From the NCBI RefSeq assembly GCF_009914755.1, contig NC_060926.1: a stretch of 64,000 nucleotides of DNA; one strand, 5' to 3'. Shown piece after piece: positions 12,255 through 29,211 of this stretch. The number at the start of each line of letters is the position of its first letter. The stretch's first letter is position 1. A program made the position numbers and the translations under genes. The notes below the pieces were generated by a model that had not been told where the DNA came from, ran no database searches, and worked only from the letters and a program-made list of their open reading frames with translations. This stretch comes from the human T2T-CHM13v2.0 reference genome, Homo sapiens.

Positions 12255-13420
12255 ACTAAGCATTTATAATGTTCTGGGCAACTTTTTCAAGTGCTGGGAT
12301 ACGGCGATAGAACGTAAAGACCTAGAGCTCAGTCTCATAGTTCATGCTCTAGTAAGATAGATAAGGGGTAAAATATTTTCATTTAATGCTAAATGTGATT
12401 AAAGTTAGAATGGAAGGAAATAAAGAGGATTAAAAAGGAAAGAAACATAATCTGCTTTACATTTCTAAAATAGTCTTCTATATGCTGGGTGGAGAACTGG
12501 GCTGCCAAGAGTACAAGTTAAAGCAGAGAGGACAGTTAAGAGGCTATTCAAATAGCCTAAGCTAGAGATAATGGCTGGTTGAAATATTCTGACAGTAGTC
12601 AGAGTGCAGGGAAATGGTGTGATTCAGGATATATTCTGAATAGAGAGGGAATTGATATACTGACGAATTGGATGTAATGGAGAAAGAAAAGTATTACAAA
12701 TGATTTCTAACTACTTGACTCGAGCAATTGTGGGGATGGAGTTGTCATTTACTGAAATGGAAATGATTAAAGCAGATGCGGAAGTGAGGATATCTGGGGG
12801 TGATAGCTATGGAAGCAAGTAAAAAAGTCCATTTTGTATCCATTTAGGGTAAGATGATGGATAGACAGCTAAATAGAGATGTCAAGTAGACTACTGAATA
12901 TACTAAAGTGCTAAGAAAAAGGCAGAGCTAAAAATGTAAATGGGGACATATACATTGTGTTTAAATTCATGAGACCGAATGAGGTCACTTAGGGAGAGAG
13001 TGCAAAGGTCGAGCTGCAGAAGGTTTGGAACTGAGCCTGGAGCACTAAAACACTAAGAGGTTAGTCAAAGGGAAAGTGCTGGAAAAGAAAAATGAGAAGG
13101 AACAAGCACTAAGACAGGAGGCAAAACAAGAGATTATGGAGTTGCAGTCTGTAAGAGCAGAAATTATTTTACAAAAGACGTATTTAATTTTTCTGAATAT
13201 ATTTTTACAAACCACAAAAGCCTGAACATTGGGTTTGCTAACACGAAGTAACTGATGACCTTGATAAAATAGTTTCTTGGAATTGAATGAATAGAATTAC
13301 ACATAGAATAATAGTTCAGGAGACAATGAAAAATAAGGAAGGCGAGATTGTATATGAGCGAGTATTTTCCATAAGATTTGCTACAAAGAGGACCACAGAA
13401 ATGTCATGGTAACTGTGCAG
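12255..13420 (-). mobile_element. L2 (L2a-like) long fragment
   Basis: AGTGCTGGGATACGGCGAT, GTTAAGAGGCTATT, GATTCAGGATATATTCTGAA, GATGGAGTTGTCATTTACTGAAATGG, ACTGAGCCTGGAGCACT, TGATGACCTTGA in the order expected for antisense L2. Confidence 0.8.
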
Positions 13421-13524
13421 AAACATTTTTTCTTAATAATGAATATATCAGATCATTATCAAATACAATTTTTAATGAGACAAAGAATTTAACAAAGCTA
13501 AAGGTAAGGATTATAGGAAAGCCA

Positions 13525-13740
13525 AGAAGTAGCTTAATAGAGTAGGAAAGAATTTAGGGCTAGGAATGAGAAACAGCTGGTTTTGAAGCTAGGCATCATG
13601 GCATATCAGCTGTGTAATCTTAAATAGGTTATATAAACCCTTATATATGATCTAGTTTTGCATAAAAGGAAAAAAATAATAAAGCTTGACACTATTAAGG
13701 GCAACACTGAGGTACTCCCTAAGGATTTAAGGATTTGGAA
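13525..13740 (+). mobile_element. MIR, diverged
   Basis: CAGCTGTGTAATCTTAAATAGGTTATATAAACC core-like sequence. Confidence 0.5.
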
Positions 13741-16700
13741 AGTAGGAGAATCAATTGTCTTTGAAATATAAATTGCTACATAGAAAAAATACATATATAT
13801 GCAAAGAGTGGATTTTGAAATTTATCTGTAAGTGACAGGATAGCTAAAAAGCCAGAAGGATTTAGGACTACTTTAAATGAACGACATTAAGCTACTTAAG
13901 GAAAAAATAATAAAAACACTTTGTGCCATTCAGAAGAAAGGTTTGGTCAGCCATAAAAGCAGAAATAAAAGGAAAGTCACCAGGAAATATGGGCATCACA
14001 CTGATTCAAGTACTATACAGCAGAGTGTACATTAACCATCCTCTCAAAATATCTTCATCTCCTAAGGAAAGCCCATCTCTGGAATAAAAATAACTGTAAA
14101 GTTCTGTAGCCAAAGGGATGGAGATTTCCATTTGTGGAGGGAAACTCATCACAATCATGAGAGTGGCTTCCAGCCATCTCAGACAGGCACATTAAGCTTT
14201 GATTCAGACAGTTCTCTTGTTTTGTTTCCAAGCTCACAAGCCACCCTTGTGCACGTCCTTCTCGTGAAGAGAATGTGCTGATGTAATGGACTTTTGAGTA
14301 TTTCTCTCTCCTGAGACCGTTAGTTCTCATGGTAAATCAATAAAGTGGTTTCTGATTTTGACTTGGCTTCTTCTCATAGTGTTAGACTGCAGAGGAGATA
14401 ATGTGCTGGCCACACTGAAGTTAAGTATTTCCAGTCCCTATGACATTATTTTCCATTGTAAAATAATGAACAGAAAGTTGGTGTATGGTACAGCTCTGTG
14501 GACATTTTAGATAGCAAGGTTAGTCTCTCAGGACCTAATTATTTCTGAGCACATGAAGAGAAAGATTTGGGGTCTTTAAAGAGAAGGGTCAAACGCCAGG
14601 GGCCTTTGCAGACAAATTTCCTAATGGTTGTTTAATATGTTATTCAGTAGATATGCATTGATGGTTACTAAGCGTTTGAGTCCCCCTTAAAACCAAAGCA
14701 CAACATGCTACACTGTTTCCTGTGAATGCAACTCAGATTTAATCTGAGGACCATATGGATGCTGGAAACTACACATAATGATGACTCTATCTTAATGAAT
14801 TGACATGTATTTCATAGCATTGAAACATTTCTTATCTGATTCTGAGAATGTGCAATTCAAATTGACCAAACTTCAGGTTCATGTAGTAAAGATGTATATG
14901 AGGATAATAAAAACAGTCAACTTATTTCTTAAATTGTGTTTAAGGTCAATATATTGAGTACTGATAAGATTACAAATACATTGCTTTAGTTTGAGGCAAT
15001 GCCAATACCTATCAAGATACTACGTGCTTATGGTTGTTTTCCTCTTTCCCATCATGTCTGATTTTAAAGCTATTTCTTCTAGGGAACTAGATGGTTATAA
15101 TAATATTATTGCTAGGAATCAGAATTTTAATTTTCCACAGTTACTGTTTCTAAAAACCATTGTCTGGTTTGGGAAGACAATAGATGAAATGAAATAATAA
15201 TTTTCAAAATACACAAGAAAAGTCATTTGCTTTTACTCTTGGGAAATAGTGATGGAATAAAAGATGTATTGCCTATGTTGAAAAAGTATTGCTTAGCGTA
15301 AGTGTTTACACACTGATTATGCATTTAATGAAAGACAGAATCATTTATTTGGTCACTTCTTTGTTACTATCAATTTTTGAAATAGAATTATCTCCTGTGA
15401 ATTTCACTTTAACATTGAATGATGTGAGGGTAAGTGATTGCCTGATTGCCTAAGCATGCCGTTTAGGGCACTACTGGGTTCTCTAAAGAGTTGCTGCTTC
15501 CTCCAAAATTGCAGTAAAGTAGGAAAGCTCTTAAAACTTCAAGAGGAAAAGGCTTCCTCCATAATTGCATCTTATTTGGGCCGGAATCCTATATGTGTAG
15601 TGTCTAAAAATGAAGCAATAATATGAAGTGGAAGCAATATCACTGTAATGCACATTTCAAAGAGACTCAGTGCTAATTCTCTTGACTTCATGTGCTTTGA
15701 AGTGTTCAGAGAATGAAATGGTGACACTTGTAACGAAAGCAAAAAATTCCTTTTCAAGTGTTAGTGTAATGCTGCCCTTTGAGAAAGGATAAGAGAAATG
15801 TGTATAGGTTCATTAGAAAGTTAACAGTTTCTTACCACAGCTGTTAAGTTGTGGGTGACATGAATGCTAGGTACAACTAAATTTTTCTTTGTGTTTTTAG
15901 AAACAGTTAGATCTTTGTTTCTTTACTTGAAAAGGCACTTTAATTAATGTGAGCTCATATGAGCACAGTGTGCCTCCTCACAGTAGCTAAAAACAGATTC
16001 ATCTTCTGTCTCCCAGCTTCTTTTCACTCAGTAGCTGTACAAAAGCCTAGCACGAAACTCATTAATTACCCCAATCCACCTTTACAGTCTTCTTAGCCAT
16101 TCCCATCTTTAATCCTGGCTGTACATTTTTCTTTAATCTCTGATCCCTAATAACTAATCAGAAATTAGGCCTTGACATCCTTCTGTAATTTCATACCATG
16201 AAATATCTTATATTCTTCCCTAAATCATCTGCTTTGAGTAGCCTAGCTCTGTCATTATTCTAGCTGTGACCCTTCCCATGTGACCAGGGGTATGGAACCA
16301 AGGGAATGTCCCTATTCAAAACCTGTGGTGTCCTTCAAGTCCACAGTCTTAGACATCAGGATTTGCATTTTCTGCTCAAATGTTCCCAAAGTCTGCTTCC
16401 ACTTGAGGCTGGCCACTCTGGAGATTGGCCACACAGACTTAAGACATAACCCAAGAGCAACTGTTGGCTGGGTAATGAGATAATTATAGGCAGAATTTAA
16501 TCTTAGTTGAGGGTGTCCATACACATGTGTATAAGGCTCCTCGAGTGCAGGAAGAACTAGAAGTAGGAAAAAAAGGGGAGGAGATGCAAGGTAAGTGTAT
16601 CCATTTGTACTCTTGTTCTAACCCACAAATACAAAGGGCTCCCTTGCCTAAGGATTCGGTTTAATCCTACTCTTAGCTATCTTTATTGATCATTTTATTT

Positions 16701-17757
16701 CATGGAGAAGCTGCTTACTTATGACCCCAGAGCTCTTATAATCTGCACCACATCTAATCTCTAATTACATACTGTCATGTAATTGCCTTGGATTGGTTAG
16801 GGCTTCCCCTCACTCTCTGTAATAACATGTAAAATGGATTTATTTTTACTGCTTAATACATTGCTGTGCATAAATTACTCAGTGCATTTTTGTTAAATAA
16901 ATGTATGTGGAGGACAAGGCTTATATTTAAATTAATATGCTTCCCTCTTCAATTTTCTTTGGGATGTTGATATTATTTATGTGCCTTCAGAATGTACAAG
17001 CAATGTATTCTGGTGTTTTAGCAGCTTCTTGCTCTTCTCTCCCCTAAAGTGTGAGACCTCTGCCTTGCATTTTAATTCATCAGGGTTGTGGAAATCATAA
17101 CCGTCACTTAGACATTTTGACCAAATTTATTCTCGAAATAATAGAATTATGGAGAGTGAAGAAACATGCATGGACATTTAGTTTAATCCACCTTTTTCTT
17201 TGGCAGTATTCCACAACATCTTTGACAGATGATCAAAGACTAATTGCCCATCCAATTAACCTTAGACTACCAACAGGGTGTATTACAGAACTCTGAGCAT
17301 CTTTAACATGACTGATTTATAAAATGAACCTTCCCCAACAGAAAAAAAACACCTCATCATTTTACATGTCAGAAGTAACAGTAACCTGATTACCAGGGCT
17401 ACTATTTTTTTCACAGGAGAATCTTAGCAACTCCAGATTCTTCCATATCTATAGTGTAAGATGTTACATTTTCCTTACCATCATCAAAGTATTCACAGTT
17501 CAATAAAACTATAAAATCTTATCTTTAAGCCAGTTGTTTGTACTCTACTTTTATCCTTAATAACTATATGCCTTTTCTTTAAATATCTACACTTTTTTAA
17601 TCTGGTTATTAGCACCAATGAAACACTTTTAAACCTTTTTCACCTTCTGATATTTTATTTTTTTAATCCCTGTGAAGTAGTGGAAGAATAAGACTAGAAA
17701 GACATTTTATCCCTGCCTACCTTTTTGCTGTGTAAAATAAGTTGTCTATGTGTGGCA

Positions 17758-17758
17758 G

Positions 17759-17797
<39 letters not shown>
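17758..17797. repeat. (TG)n microsatellite
   Basis: About 20 TG units. Confidence 0.97.
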
Positions 17798-17799
<2 letters not shown>

Positions 17800-20269
17800 C
17801 TGCACTAGTGACCCAGGGAGCATAACAGTGAAATGGAAGTAGAATATTTGCATCTTTTAGTTTCTGAAATTTTAAGATTTTATATTTATATTAAAATTAA
17901 AGTCTTTGTCTCAAAATTTTAAATTACCATTAATTATCATCAAAATGTCTTTAAAACAATAATGTTATAAATTAACACTGGAAAAACAAGAAATGGGGAG
18001 ATTGTGCTTATTTTAAAAAGGTAAAAATTTCTATATTAAACAATTTAAAGTAGAGCAGGTGAGACATTGGTAAAATGCACACAATGTTAATTCCAGTTTG
18101 TCTTTCAGATCCAAAAATAGCTGTTATTATTTATCTCTGACCTAATAAAGAAAATATGAAAATATAAACAATGCCATGCTTCAAATTATGGTCATTTTTC
18201 AAAATTATACAGGTTTTCTGTGGTTACAACTTAGCATAATTGGATTTGAATTACTAATCAATTACTTACTCTTAAGAATATTTGTGTTTGCTCTTACAAA
18301 GTTAATGATGATTTACCTCCTGTCTTGTTTTAAGGTGATGCTGCTAGTAGAGATTGCCTTTCTTTAATTTTATTTGTAATTTTGAAATACTAAGTCATGG
18401 CTAACAATATAATGAATTCTGAGTGTATCTATATATGTGAATGTATGTGTGCATATGTGTGTGTGTGAAATGAACAAAGACACAAACATGTATAGTGAAT
18501 ATAATAAATACATATAGACTTTGCAACTACAGGATACTATTTGTAAATTTGATATTTCTGCTCTGTAGCTTCATTGGTGTGTGTGCGTGTGCACACGCTC
18601 GCATTTGTGTTTTGAAAATAACATGTCTCCATGGACATCATATTGTTGACTCTGTGTTCTACACCACCTGGTATTGCTTTGGTTCTTTATCTAATTTTGA
18701 TACTCACTTAAATGGTTTCTCCCTAATGTTTCCTGATTACTCTAGCTTTGGGTTGATTCTCCGTTTAATTCTATAGCACATATAATTCCAAACACCCAAC
18801 CATCAGCCTATAAAAAGATGTATCCCTAGATATCTGATTATTCAATATTTCAACATTTGCTGTAATGACTTGAAATGGTTTACTCCAAATCCATAAACTA
18901 AATTGAAACCATGGTGTAATGAATATGTTCACACACCAGTGAAAATGTTGGTATCAGGGAGAAAGAATATTAGAACACTAATATCTCAGATCAACCCCTC
19001 TTATGGGATCCTACTGTTGTCACTAACCTCTTTCCCATCCTTAATGAGAATTTAGCTTTTTTTAAAAAAAATTGTATGTTTATATTTTTGTGCAGAAGGA
19101 AATATAATCTATATTTGACGCAATGTAGTGTTTTTGTGTTCTGCATACCCACATACCCTTTTGGGGTTACTAAATGTTAAATAATGTGATAATTGGTGTC
19201 CTAAAAGCAGTATCTTCTCCAGAAATCATCAATACATTGTTATACTGATTGTTAAAAATATTTTACCAATTTTTATGAAGATGCCGGATACACTGGAAAC
19301 CCATGAGTTTTTTCCATGTAAAGTAATTTAATGTAGGCTCCTACTTTCTGAACATTCACTCTATAATACACTGGCAGGAACAAATTAGTTTTGATACTTA
19401 GAGATGTCTGTATTTTATTTTATCTTATTTGCCTTGTTTAGCATGTCTGAGTTTCCTATCACCAATTTGATTCTAAGCAATTTGGAAGTTTGTCGTAGGC
19501 TTCTTTGTATCCTTAGCGAGCCTAGAATATGTTGAATATAAAGCAGGTGCCTTTCACATGTATTCAGATTGATTAAAAGATCACACACACATACACACAG
19601 ACACATAAACATAAGTACTTCTCTGGCCACCAAGTGAACTGCACATGCTGTGATTTCCTGAAGTCTATTTTCTAACACACAGTTTCAGTGCATCCTCGAA
19701 GGGCTTTTTTTTTTTTTTTTTTTTTTTGTCTACACTGCTTAATAGGGTAGAGATGACTAATACTCTTTAGGTCCTAGGTAAATATTTCTTGAGGATGAAT
19801 GAATATTTTTATCTTTTCTATTAGAGTTTGCATTTTCTCAACACATATCCAGTTTATTAAAGAAAGATTGTTAAAATGAGCTTATCTCCATACCTAGAGA
19901 TTGAATCTAAATAACATTCTGATTTCCATAACTTGTCATGTTAACCATAGCTTGTGGGTCAAGGTAGTAACATTAATTAAAAGCCAGCGATGACATTTCT
20001 AACGTACCTAAAAACTTCTAAAACAAAGAGAACTATAAGTTTATAGATATGAATGATGACAGCTAGATTAGGGTGCAAGGTTTGCAGAGGAAAGCTGTGG
20101 AGGACTAGGAAAAGTCAATGAATGGAACATGCTGACTCGTGTAACCCAGGAACTACAGGACCCAGAGGAATTATGCTACCAAATTGTCCATGTTGAGAAG
20201 GAGAGTATGGCACACTAGACACACTTTTGCACTATTAGCAAAACTGGAAAGTTAGAAAGTAGAACATGC

Positions 20270-20470
20270 TACTTTGGTGGGAAGAGTGATGTTGAATTGT
20301 TTAAAGCTTGCAATGACTGTTAGCTATTTACATGGAACTGTGCGTGAAATACAAATCTGGAACTTGGGTGAGTGATTATGGTTGGAAATACAGGTTTGGG
20401 AGTTATTTGACATAAAATAATGGTTGAAACCATGAAAGTAAATGACCTCTGCAAGGGAGTGATCATAAAG
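20270..20470 (-). mobile_element. L2 fragment
   Basis: TGGAAATACAGGTTTGGGAGTTATTTGACATA..TGGTTGAAACCATGAAAGTAAATGA. Confidence 0.6.
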
Positions 20471-21228
20471 GGTGAAGAGTTTTATTTTAAAGCTCCTATT
20501 TTCCTTTAAAAGAATCCTCCGTGACTTATCCATCTATATCCGTGCTGCAAACTCCGTGATTGTAAATATGCCATTTGTCCTCCAACTTTGTATGGATGTT
20601 CTGAGAGGTCAGGGTAGCTGAATCCATAAATTTATCTACACTAAACATATTTTATCTCAGCTCTAGAGAAACTAGATATAAAGAAAGTTAAAAATACATA
20701 AGCCGTCCTAATATACAACAGTTTTCAAACGCATGATGGTTGGGTTTTAAAAACCAGTAGAAAATTGATGGTTCATTTTCTCAGTTTAACTAACTGTGTA
20801 TCAGAATATCCACTTATAAATTTATATTCATAATATATTACCAGTAAATAATATAATAATATTGTAAGATATGACATTAATAAATACATATTTGTAAAAT
20901 TCTAAATTGTTATTCTTTAAAGTTATTTTACTTCATTATGACTTCCTAAAGAAATCTCATAATTGTAAAATATTCTACATGCTCAATGTAAAACATGTGA
21001 AAATGAGACAATTTTAAATTAGTAAAACTTAAAATATTTTTTCTTAGAGAAAATAGCAAAATAATATTTTAATATGCATGTACCTTATATACTGTGCTAT
21101 TTAATCACAAATAATGAAGACAATTTATGTATTTTCTATCTTAACTTTTCCCTTTTCCCTAATGCCATTAAATATCCTTCATATAAGCAATTTTTAAAAA
21201 GGATGTATATTGTCCTATTGAATGATAA

Positions 21229-21736
<508 letters not shown>

Positions 21737-23799
21737 TAAGATCTAAGTACAATTAGAAGTGTCTCCATCCCATTTCTGCTTGCTTCATTTGACAACGTAT
21801 TTATATTTTCTAATTATAATCATATTTTCAATGTCATTTAGATAATATGCCATTTGGGATACAAATGCTTTCTCTAATCCTTGGCTCAAACTCTTATTCA
21901 AAGATTACTCTTTATCTCTGAGCTAAGATTTGTGAGAATATAAAAATATCTAGTTTGTTAGCTTATACTTTTCTTGAAGAAATGATACACATAGAAAATG
22001 TATAGATCTCTTTGGAAAGATGATTCCTACATAAAATTCACTCAATGAAAATAGAAGAAATACCAGGGCATATTATGTTATGCAATAGTACTTGAATAAA
22101 TGCCAAGTGAAATTTTGTAGACCATGACCAAGAAGAGTTTTTCAGAAGACTGGAAAAGTTTGATCTTCCCTTTAGCTCTACAAAAGTTAATAAGAAGACA
22201 CATCAAAATCCTTGCAGCCTAACTCTGGTTTCCAAGATACATTCCATCAAGAGAGATCATCCCCATGGTAATATCATAAGGAAGACATAAGACCAATAGC
22301 ATCCGAACATTTGAAAGAATCATTCTTTTGTTTCTAATTTATTCTTTGTGCATGATAATGTATCCTCAAATTCAGAACTTGATGTGTATTGGGCAAGTCA
22401 CCTAAATTCCCAAACAGAGCTCATTCTTTAAAGTATAATGAATAAAACTTATTAAATTGTACAGGTTAAGTATGTATCCCTTAATTACACCCAATAAAGT
22501 TAAAAAAATATATAGCCCTGAGAGAAAAAAACACTAAATGAAAACTAATGTGAGTGTCTGGCTCCTAACATATGCATAGATTTATAAGGTGAGAAACATC
22601 ATGTTTCAGTTTAAAAAAGAAAAACAAATACAACTTTAGTTTATCTTAAATTCTAAAATCAATGGTGAATAGTAAGAGTAATACATGTGACTTATTTGTG
22701 AAGATTTCTGATTTATTCTTGCATTTAGAGAAAGGAAGAGAACTTTCTGACTAAGAAATGTCATTTATATTATTTTAGAGTTGTAATAATATATTCAGCT
22801 TTGATCATTTGAAGCAAAATAAATGCTCTGATCATAAGTAAAACCTCTGTCAGAATTGGTCTCAAATTATGGGAGTGTTTTCCTGAAAGAAAGCTCAATG
22901 AGAAAAGCAATAGCAAATGTGTTTGGTAACTTGACTATTTGCACATTTATTTAGGTATATATTTCTTTATACATCCACCTGTCACGGTAAGGTCACTTAA
23001 GGAAGGTTACCTCAGTGGACCAGCATCCTATTTAAAACTATGTATAAACTAACATACAAGAAAAATAAGTTTCACTGAGACCTATCAGAAAATAGATTAT
23101 GAATATGAGTGAGAAAATTTTTCAAAATATTTTGGAGTGAATAATCATGTGAAATCCACAGGACTATTTTAATTTAATATTATAGATTAGCAACGTTCTT
23201 GAATTTCTAAATGATAGTAGAACCTCTGAAATCCCAGGGGATATTTCTTTTTTCCCTTGGTACTAAGTAGAAGAGTATATGTCACAATGTTGGGAAGAAG
23301 TTGAGAGAAGTCAAAATAATCAGAATACCAATGACTCTCTTCCTTGCCCAGGTTTTCTAAGGTGTATTTGAAGACAGTTTTCCAGTCTCAAGATATTATA
23401 GTATGCGGTAAAAAAAAAAAAAAATAACAGTGAAGGAAACTACCTGAATATTAATTCCTTTTTGTCAGTAGAATATTAGTATATTGGTTGGACTTTGGCC
23501 CAATCACATATTTTTTTCTGAGCCTCGATTTCATCATAAACAGAAAAGCAAGACCTAATCAAGTTTTTTTTAAGCTTGAGACAAGTTATTTCTTGGCATA
23601 TTGTATTTGCTCAACACATATTATCTTTCTTCTTTCTTGTTTTATTTTGATCATGTCTATGCCAGCATTTGCAAATTTCCACTCCGGGCATTTTTTCACA
23701 CTTTCCTGTGTTATTTCTCACCTTCGTTTTCTTTCATATATCTCTCTTCTCTTGTCCTTCCCCCACCCCTCGCCATTTTTAGTTGTAAAGGCAGTAATA

Positions 23800-24010
23800 A
23801 TAATATTGATGATAATTAACAGTTAATGAACAGTTATACAACAAAGACTGTGCTACATGCTTTATGTAAATATCACTTAATTCTAATAACATTTTCCAAT
23901 AATAAGATCTATGAGGGAATAAAGGTTCAGAGATGTTAATTATTTTCTCCAAATGCACACATTTACTAAGTAGCACAGCTGGGATTTCTATTCACATTTT
24001 CAGAACCAAA
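23800..24010 (-). mobile_element. MIR
   Basis: TGAGGGAATAAAGGTTCAGAGATGTTAATTATTTTCTCCAA..AAGTAGCACAGCTGGGATTT. Confidence 0.65.
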
Positions 24011-24309
24011 AATATAGCCAATACAGAACAGAATATATTTCTTAAAGCCTAAAAAGGCAAAGAGAAGAATGTACCTTGGGGCTAGGGCATATGTATGGCT
24101 GTGAGTTTTTTAGGCCGGTCTAAGAGAAATTGGTTTGTCTTTTCCCTTATGTTACAAGAATATTTTCACAAAAATTTAGTTACTACAGTTAATCAAAATA
24201 ATTTATGATATCCTGAAATCCTCATGTTGTAAGTTACTCAAATATTAAGTTGGAATCATTCTGTCACCTTTGGATTCCTCAGAAGTTAGGCAATTATAAG
24301 AATGGAAGA

Positions 24310-25352
<1,043 letters not shown>

Positions 25353-28014
25353 AAGAATGGAAGAAGAAGAAAAAATTGGGGTATGTTCAAACTATTAGTA
25401 CTATTTATATAAACAAGTCTCAAAAGTCTCATTAAAGTCAAGAAATTAATATAAAAGAGGTACGTAATCACATATATCATTCAATTTACATCACCATAAG
25501 AAATAATTTTGGTTGACTTATACTGAAGCACATTTTCAACTACTTTACTCTGTGAAATATTTTTGATAGTTGTTTTCCTACTTCTAAAACTATAATTAGT
25601 TAATATAAGAAGGCTTCTTGCAAGAAGTTTAATGTGTAGCCCTAAATCAAGAACTAGAAATTGTTGAGTAGGGACAAATAATGTAAATAATGCAGGCTCC
25701 AGCATACTATTATTAATGATAGTGTAAAAGAATTTCAACTTGCAGAAACATATTCTGATTTTGTTATCTCAAATGTCTTTGTAATTTACATTTGGAATTC
25801 ATTTTCTGTTCCCCCATCCCACCTCTATTTAATACATAAAGAAGCCAAAATGCCATTCTCTACTTGAAGTTGCTATTAACACTTACTGTGTTCTGAAATG
25901 GTACAGCCAGTTTCTTTTCTGAATCTCTCCTGGAATAACATCCAGAAACATGTAAAAATGCATTTTTAAGAAATTGGTGTTATTTGGATGAAATGATGCT
26001 CTCTATTTTGACGTTGAACATGGGACATGTTAATAACAGCTCATGGATGGACTCAAAGAGCTAGATAAAATCCTGAATTTCATCTTCGAAAATTTCAGAT
26101 ATTTATTATACATTTCATAATTCGTTATTTAAGGACACTGTTTTTAGTCACAAAATAAACCTAACCTTCCAATTTGTTTCAGTTTACATAATAATTTTGT
26201 ATTTACTAACAATACTGGCAATGAAATACATGTGTCTATTTCTCAATGAAAAGAAAGGGAATGTGGGTACCATTATAGGAGCCAGATTACCTCAAGACCT
26301 CTGTAATGTAACTATTCTGCACTGAAATGTTTTTGTAGCATTTCTCCCAAGGATATTTACCACAATGTACTGTTAATTATGAAACTGTTAAAAAGAGACA
26401 AATTAAGGGACAACGTGAGAAAAATAAGAAGTGCTCTCCAATGATTGTTGACAACAGATGGGGAGTCAATGAGGTAGAGAGATACAGACATTTTATCCTC
26501 AAATGACAATTTCTGAAAGGGAAGCTCTGAAAGCACCAACACAAGATTGCATTCACAGTTCTACTCAGGTGTCAGAGGGGCAAAACTCACAGTAGAAAGG
26601 AGAAAATGATCAATTGTTTTATAACTGAAAATATTTTACTGCCCTTAAGTTCTCTAATGGTGATCTTAAAGTAACAAGAAATCAATGCATTACTTTTGCT
26701 ATATAGTAATTTGAAAATTTACAAGCAATATCTTTTCTTTGTAGCTAAATATTTAATAATATTTTCAAATCTATTAAGCCTCAGTTGCATATCAAGCCAA
26801 CCTGCTAGCTCATTTTGATCCTGTCATTTCTAATCTATCATTCTTGTATGCTGGAGATGGTTACTCAGAAAAAGTGTCATGAAAATATAATTATTCAAAC
26901 ATAGCTTTTCCCATATAGTGAAATAAATTACCTTATTTGAAAGCATGTAGTTTTATATATCATAATAAATAGATTTCCTTATCAAATAATAGTTTGTTTA
27001 TGATTCTAATACTTTTAAAGAATTTAGGTAACATCTAAATACAATTTTATTTTTTTTAATGGTAAATCTTGTAAAAATGCATAAAAAGAAAGTATTTGTT
27101 CCTTGGGTATGAGGAAGAATATAAAGGCCAGTGTCTTATTGGGAAATTCTTGTTATATCAAATGATTCTGGAATTCTTTTGTTCACTTAGTGAGAATTAT
27201 TGGGTGTCTCCTATGTGTCACACATTCAATCTGGCCCTGAAGACACAATGATGAATAAGGCAGACCCCCTGCTGCCTAAATACTGTTCTACTCCAAGAAA
27301 AGCCTCCTTTAGCTTTGTTTTGTGGACCCCAATCACAGCATGCTTTTGAATATCATTGTTTTCCCTTGGAAAAATGAATTTTCTTGTGAAGAAGTATAAC
27401 GTGAAGACAGGGGGAGGGGCTTAATTTTAAATTTATTTTAGTGAAATGCATAATGATCAACTTGGATTTATTTTTTTCCCCAAAACTATAGTTTAAATAA
27501 AATACAATGAAAATGCAAATAGGTTCTGAAGGAAGTTTCAAATGTATCTCCACAATTGTTTGGGTAAAAGCATCCTCTCAGGAGCTGTCTTCTACAAACC
27601 TGGCCTTTTGAGAGCAATAACAGAGCTGTTCTTTCCCTTCTCTTGTATTTCTGAGAACATGCCTCTTGGCACCCAACAGGTGTTTAAGTATCCTTGATGG
27701 AAAGTCAGCAATCATCTGACAAGGTCATGAAGCAAAATGCCAGTAAATAGAAAAGGTTAATGTTTATGTGCAGTAAATGTAAAAGTTTAGTCTTCACATG
27801 CAAAAGATAGAATCATTAAAGGAACAAACGAAGTCAAAAAGACTTAAAAAAAGAAAAAAAGGAGAAACCAACTGCTTGAGTTTCACAGCTGCCCCGACTA
27901 CATGTGCAATCATTTCTCCACTTTGTATGAACATAGGTAAGAAAACAAAAGAGAGAGAGAAAGAGAATGGAATTAGTAGTGATATCTGAATTCTTGTTTC
28001 TAATTATAAATTTA

Positions 28015-28694
28015 CAGGAAACAACAGGTGCTGGAGAGGATGTAGAGAAATAGGAATACTTTTACACTGTTGGTGGGACTGTAAACTAGTTCAACCATTG
28101 TGGAAGTCAGTGTGGCGATTCCTCAGGGATCTAGAACTAGAAATACCATTTGACCCAGCCATCCCATTACTGGGTATATACCCAAAGGATTATAAATCAT
28201 GCTGCTATAAAGACACATGCACACGTATGTTTATTGTGGCACTACTCACAATAGCAAAGACTTGGAACCAACCCAAATGTCCAACAATGATAGACTGGAT
28301 TAAGAAAATGTGGCACATAGACACCATGGAATACTATGCAGCCATAAAAAATGATGAGTTCATGTCCTTTGTAGGGACATGGATGAAGCTGGAAACCACC
28401 ATTCTCAGCAAGCTATCGCAAGGACAAAAAACCAAACACTGCATGTTCTCACTCATAGGTGGGAATTGAACAATGAGAACACATGGACACAGGAAGGGGA
28501 ACATCACACTCTGGGGACTGTTGTGGGGTGGGGGGAGTGGGGAGGGATAGTATTAGGAGATATACCTAATGCTAAATGACGAGTTAATGGGTGCAGCACA
28601 CCAACATGGCACATGTATACATATGTAACAAGCCTGCACGTTGTGCACATGTACCCTAAAACTTAAAGTATAATAATAATAAAATTAAAAAAAA
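28015..28694 (+). mobile_element. 5'-truncated L1PA4-like element
   Basis: ORF2 C-terminus ([34 protein letters not shown]), G-rich 3' UTR, A-tail. Confidence 0.96.
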
Positions 28695-28959
28695 TTATCA
28701 TTTCTCTGACCATACATCCAGGAACATGTCACTTTCAATTTACTGTCTTTAAAAGTCCTTTGTTACACTGGGATGGGAAGGAAATTGATTACTATAAAAT
28801 ACTTCTAAATCCTTAAATTTAAATGCAATATAATTTCACTGGTTATTAGTATTCAAGACCCACAATTCCAGTTAAAAATATAGGAGGTTCAGAATCAATT
28901 TGGTAACCTGGAGAAAAAAAAAAAAAACTTTACTGTGTATATATATATAAAAGAATTCA

Positions 28960-29211
28960 AGACAAAATAGACAAAAACTCCATTAGAAAAATGTAAAAAA
29001 GTATATAAAAATGAAAGAAGGCAAAATAAATAACCAATAAAATATCAAATATTCAACTATACTAGAAACTGAAGAACTAAAGATTTTTTAAAAAGAGGTA
29101 TTACTTTCACATATCAAATCTGAAAAAACTAGAGAGGAAGATGTCAGTGAAGCTATGGGACAATGGGCTCACACATGCGCTGCTCATAGAAGGCAAAATT
29201 TGGACATTTCT
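28960..29211 (+). mobile_element. Old L1M ORF2 fragment
   Basis: ACTCCATTAGAAAAATG..AACCAATAAAATAT..ATATTCAACT..CTCACACATGCGCTGCT. Confidence 0.5.

Noticed and set aside
28098-28469. 123-aa ORF matching the L1 ORF2p C-terminus (also 24504-24791, 24888-25130, 54063-54263)
   Set aside because: Fragments of truncated L1 copies without promoter or full ORF.
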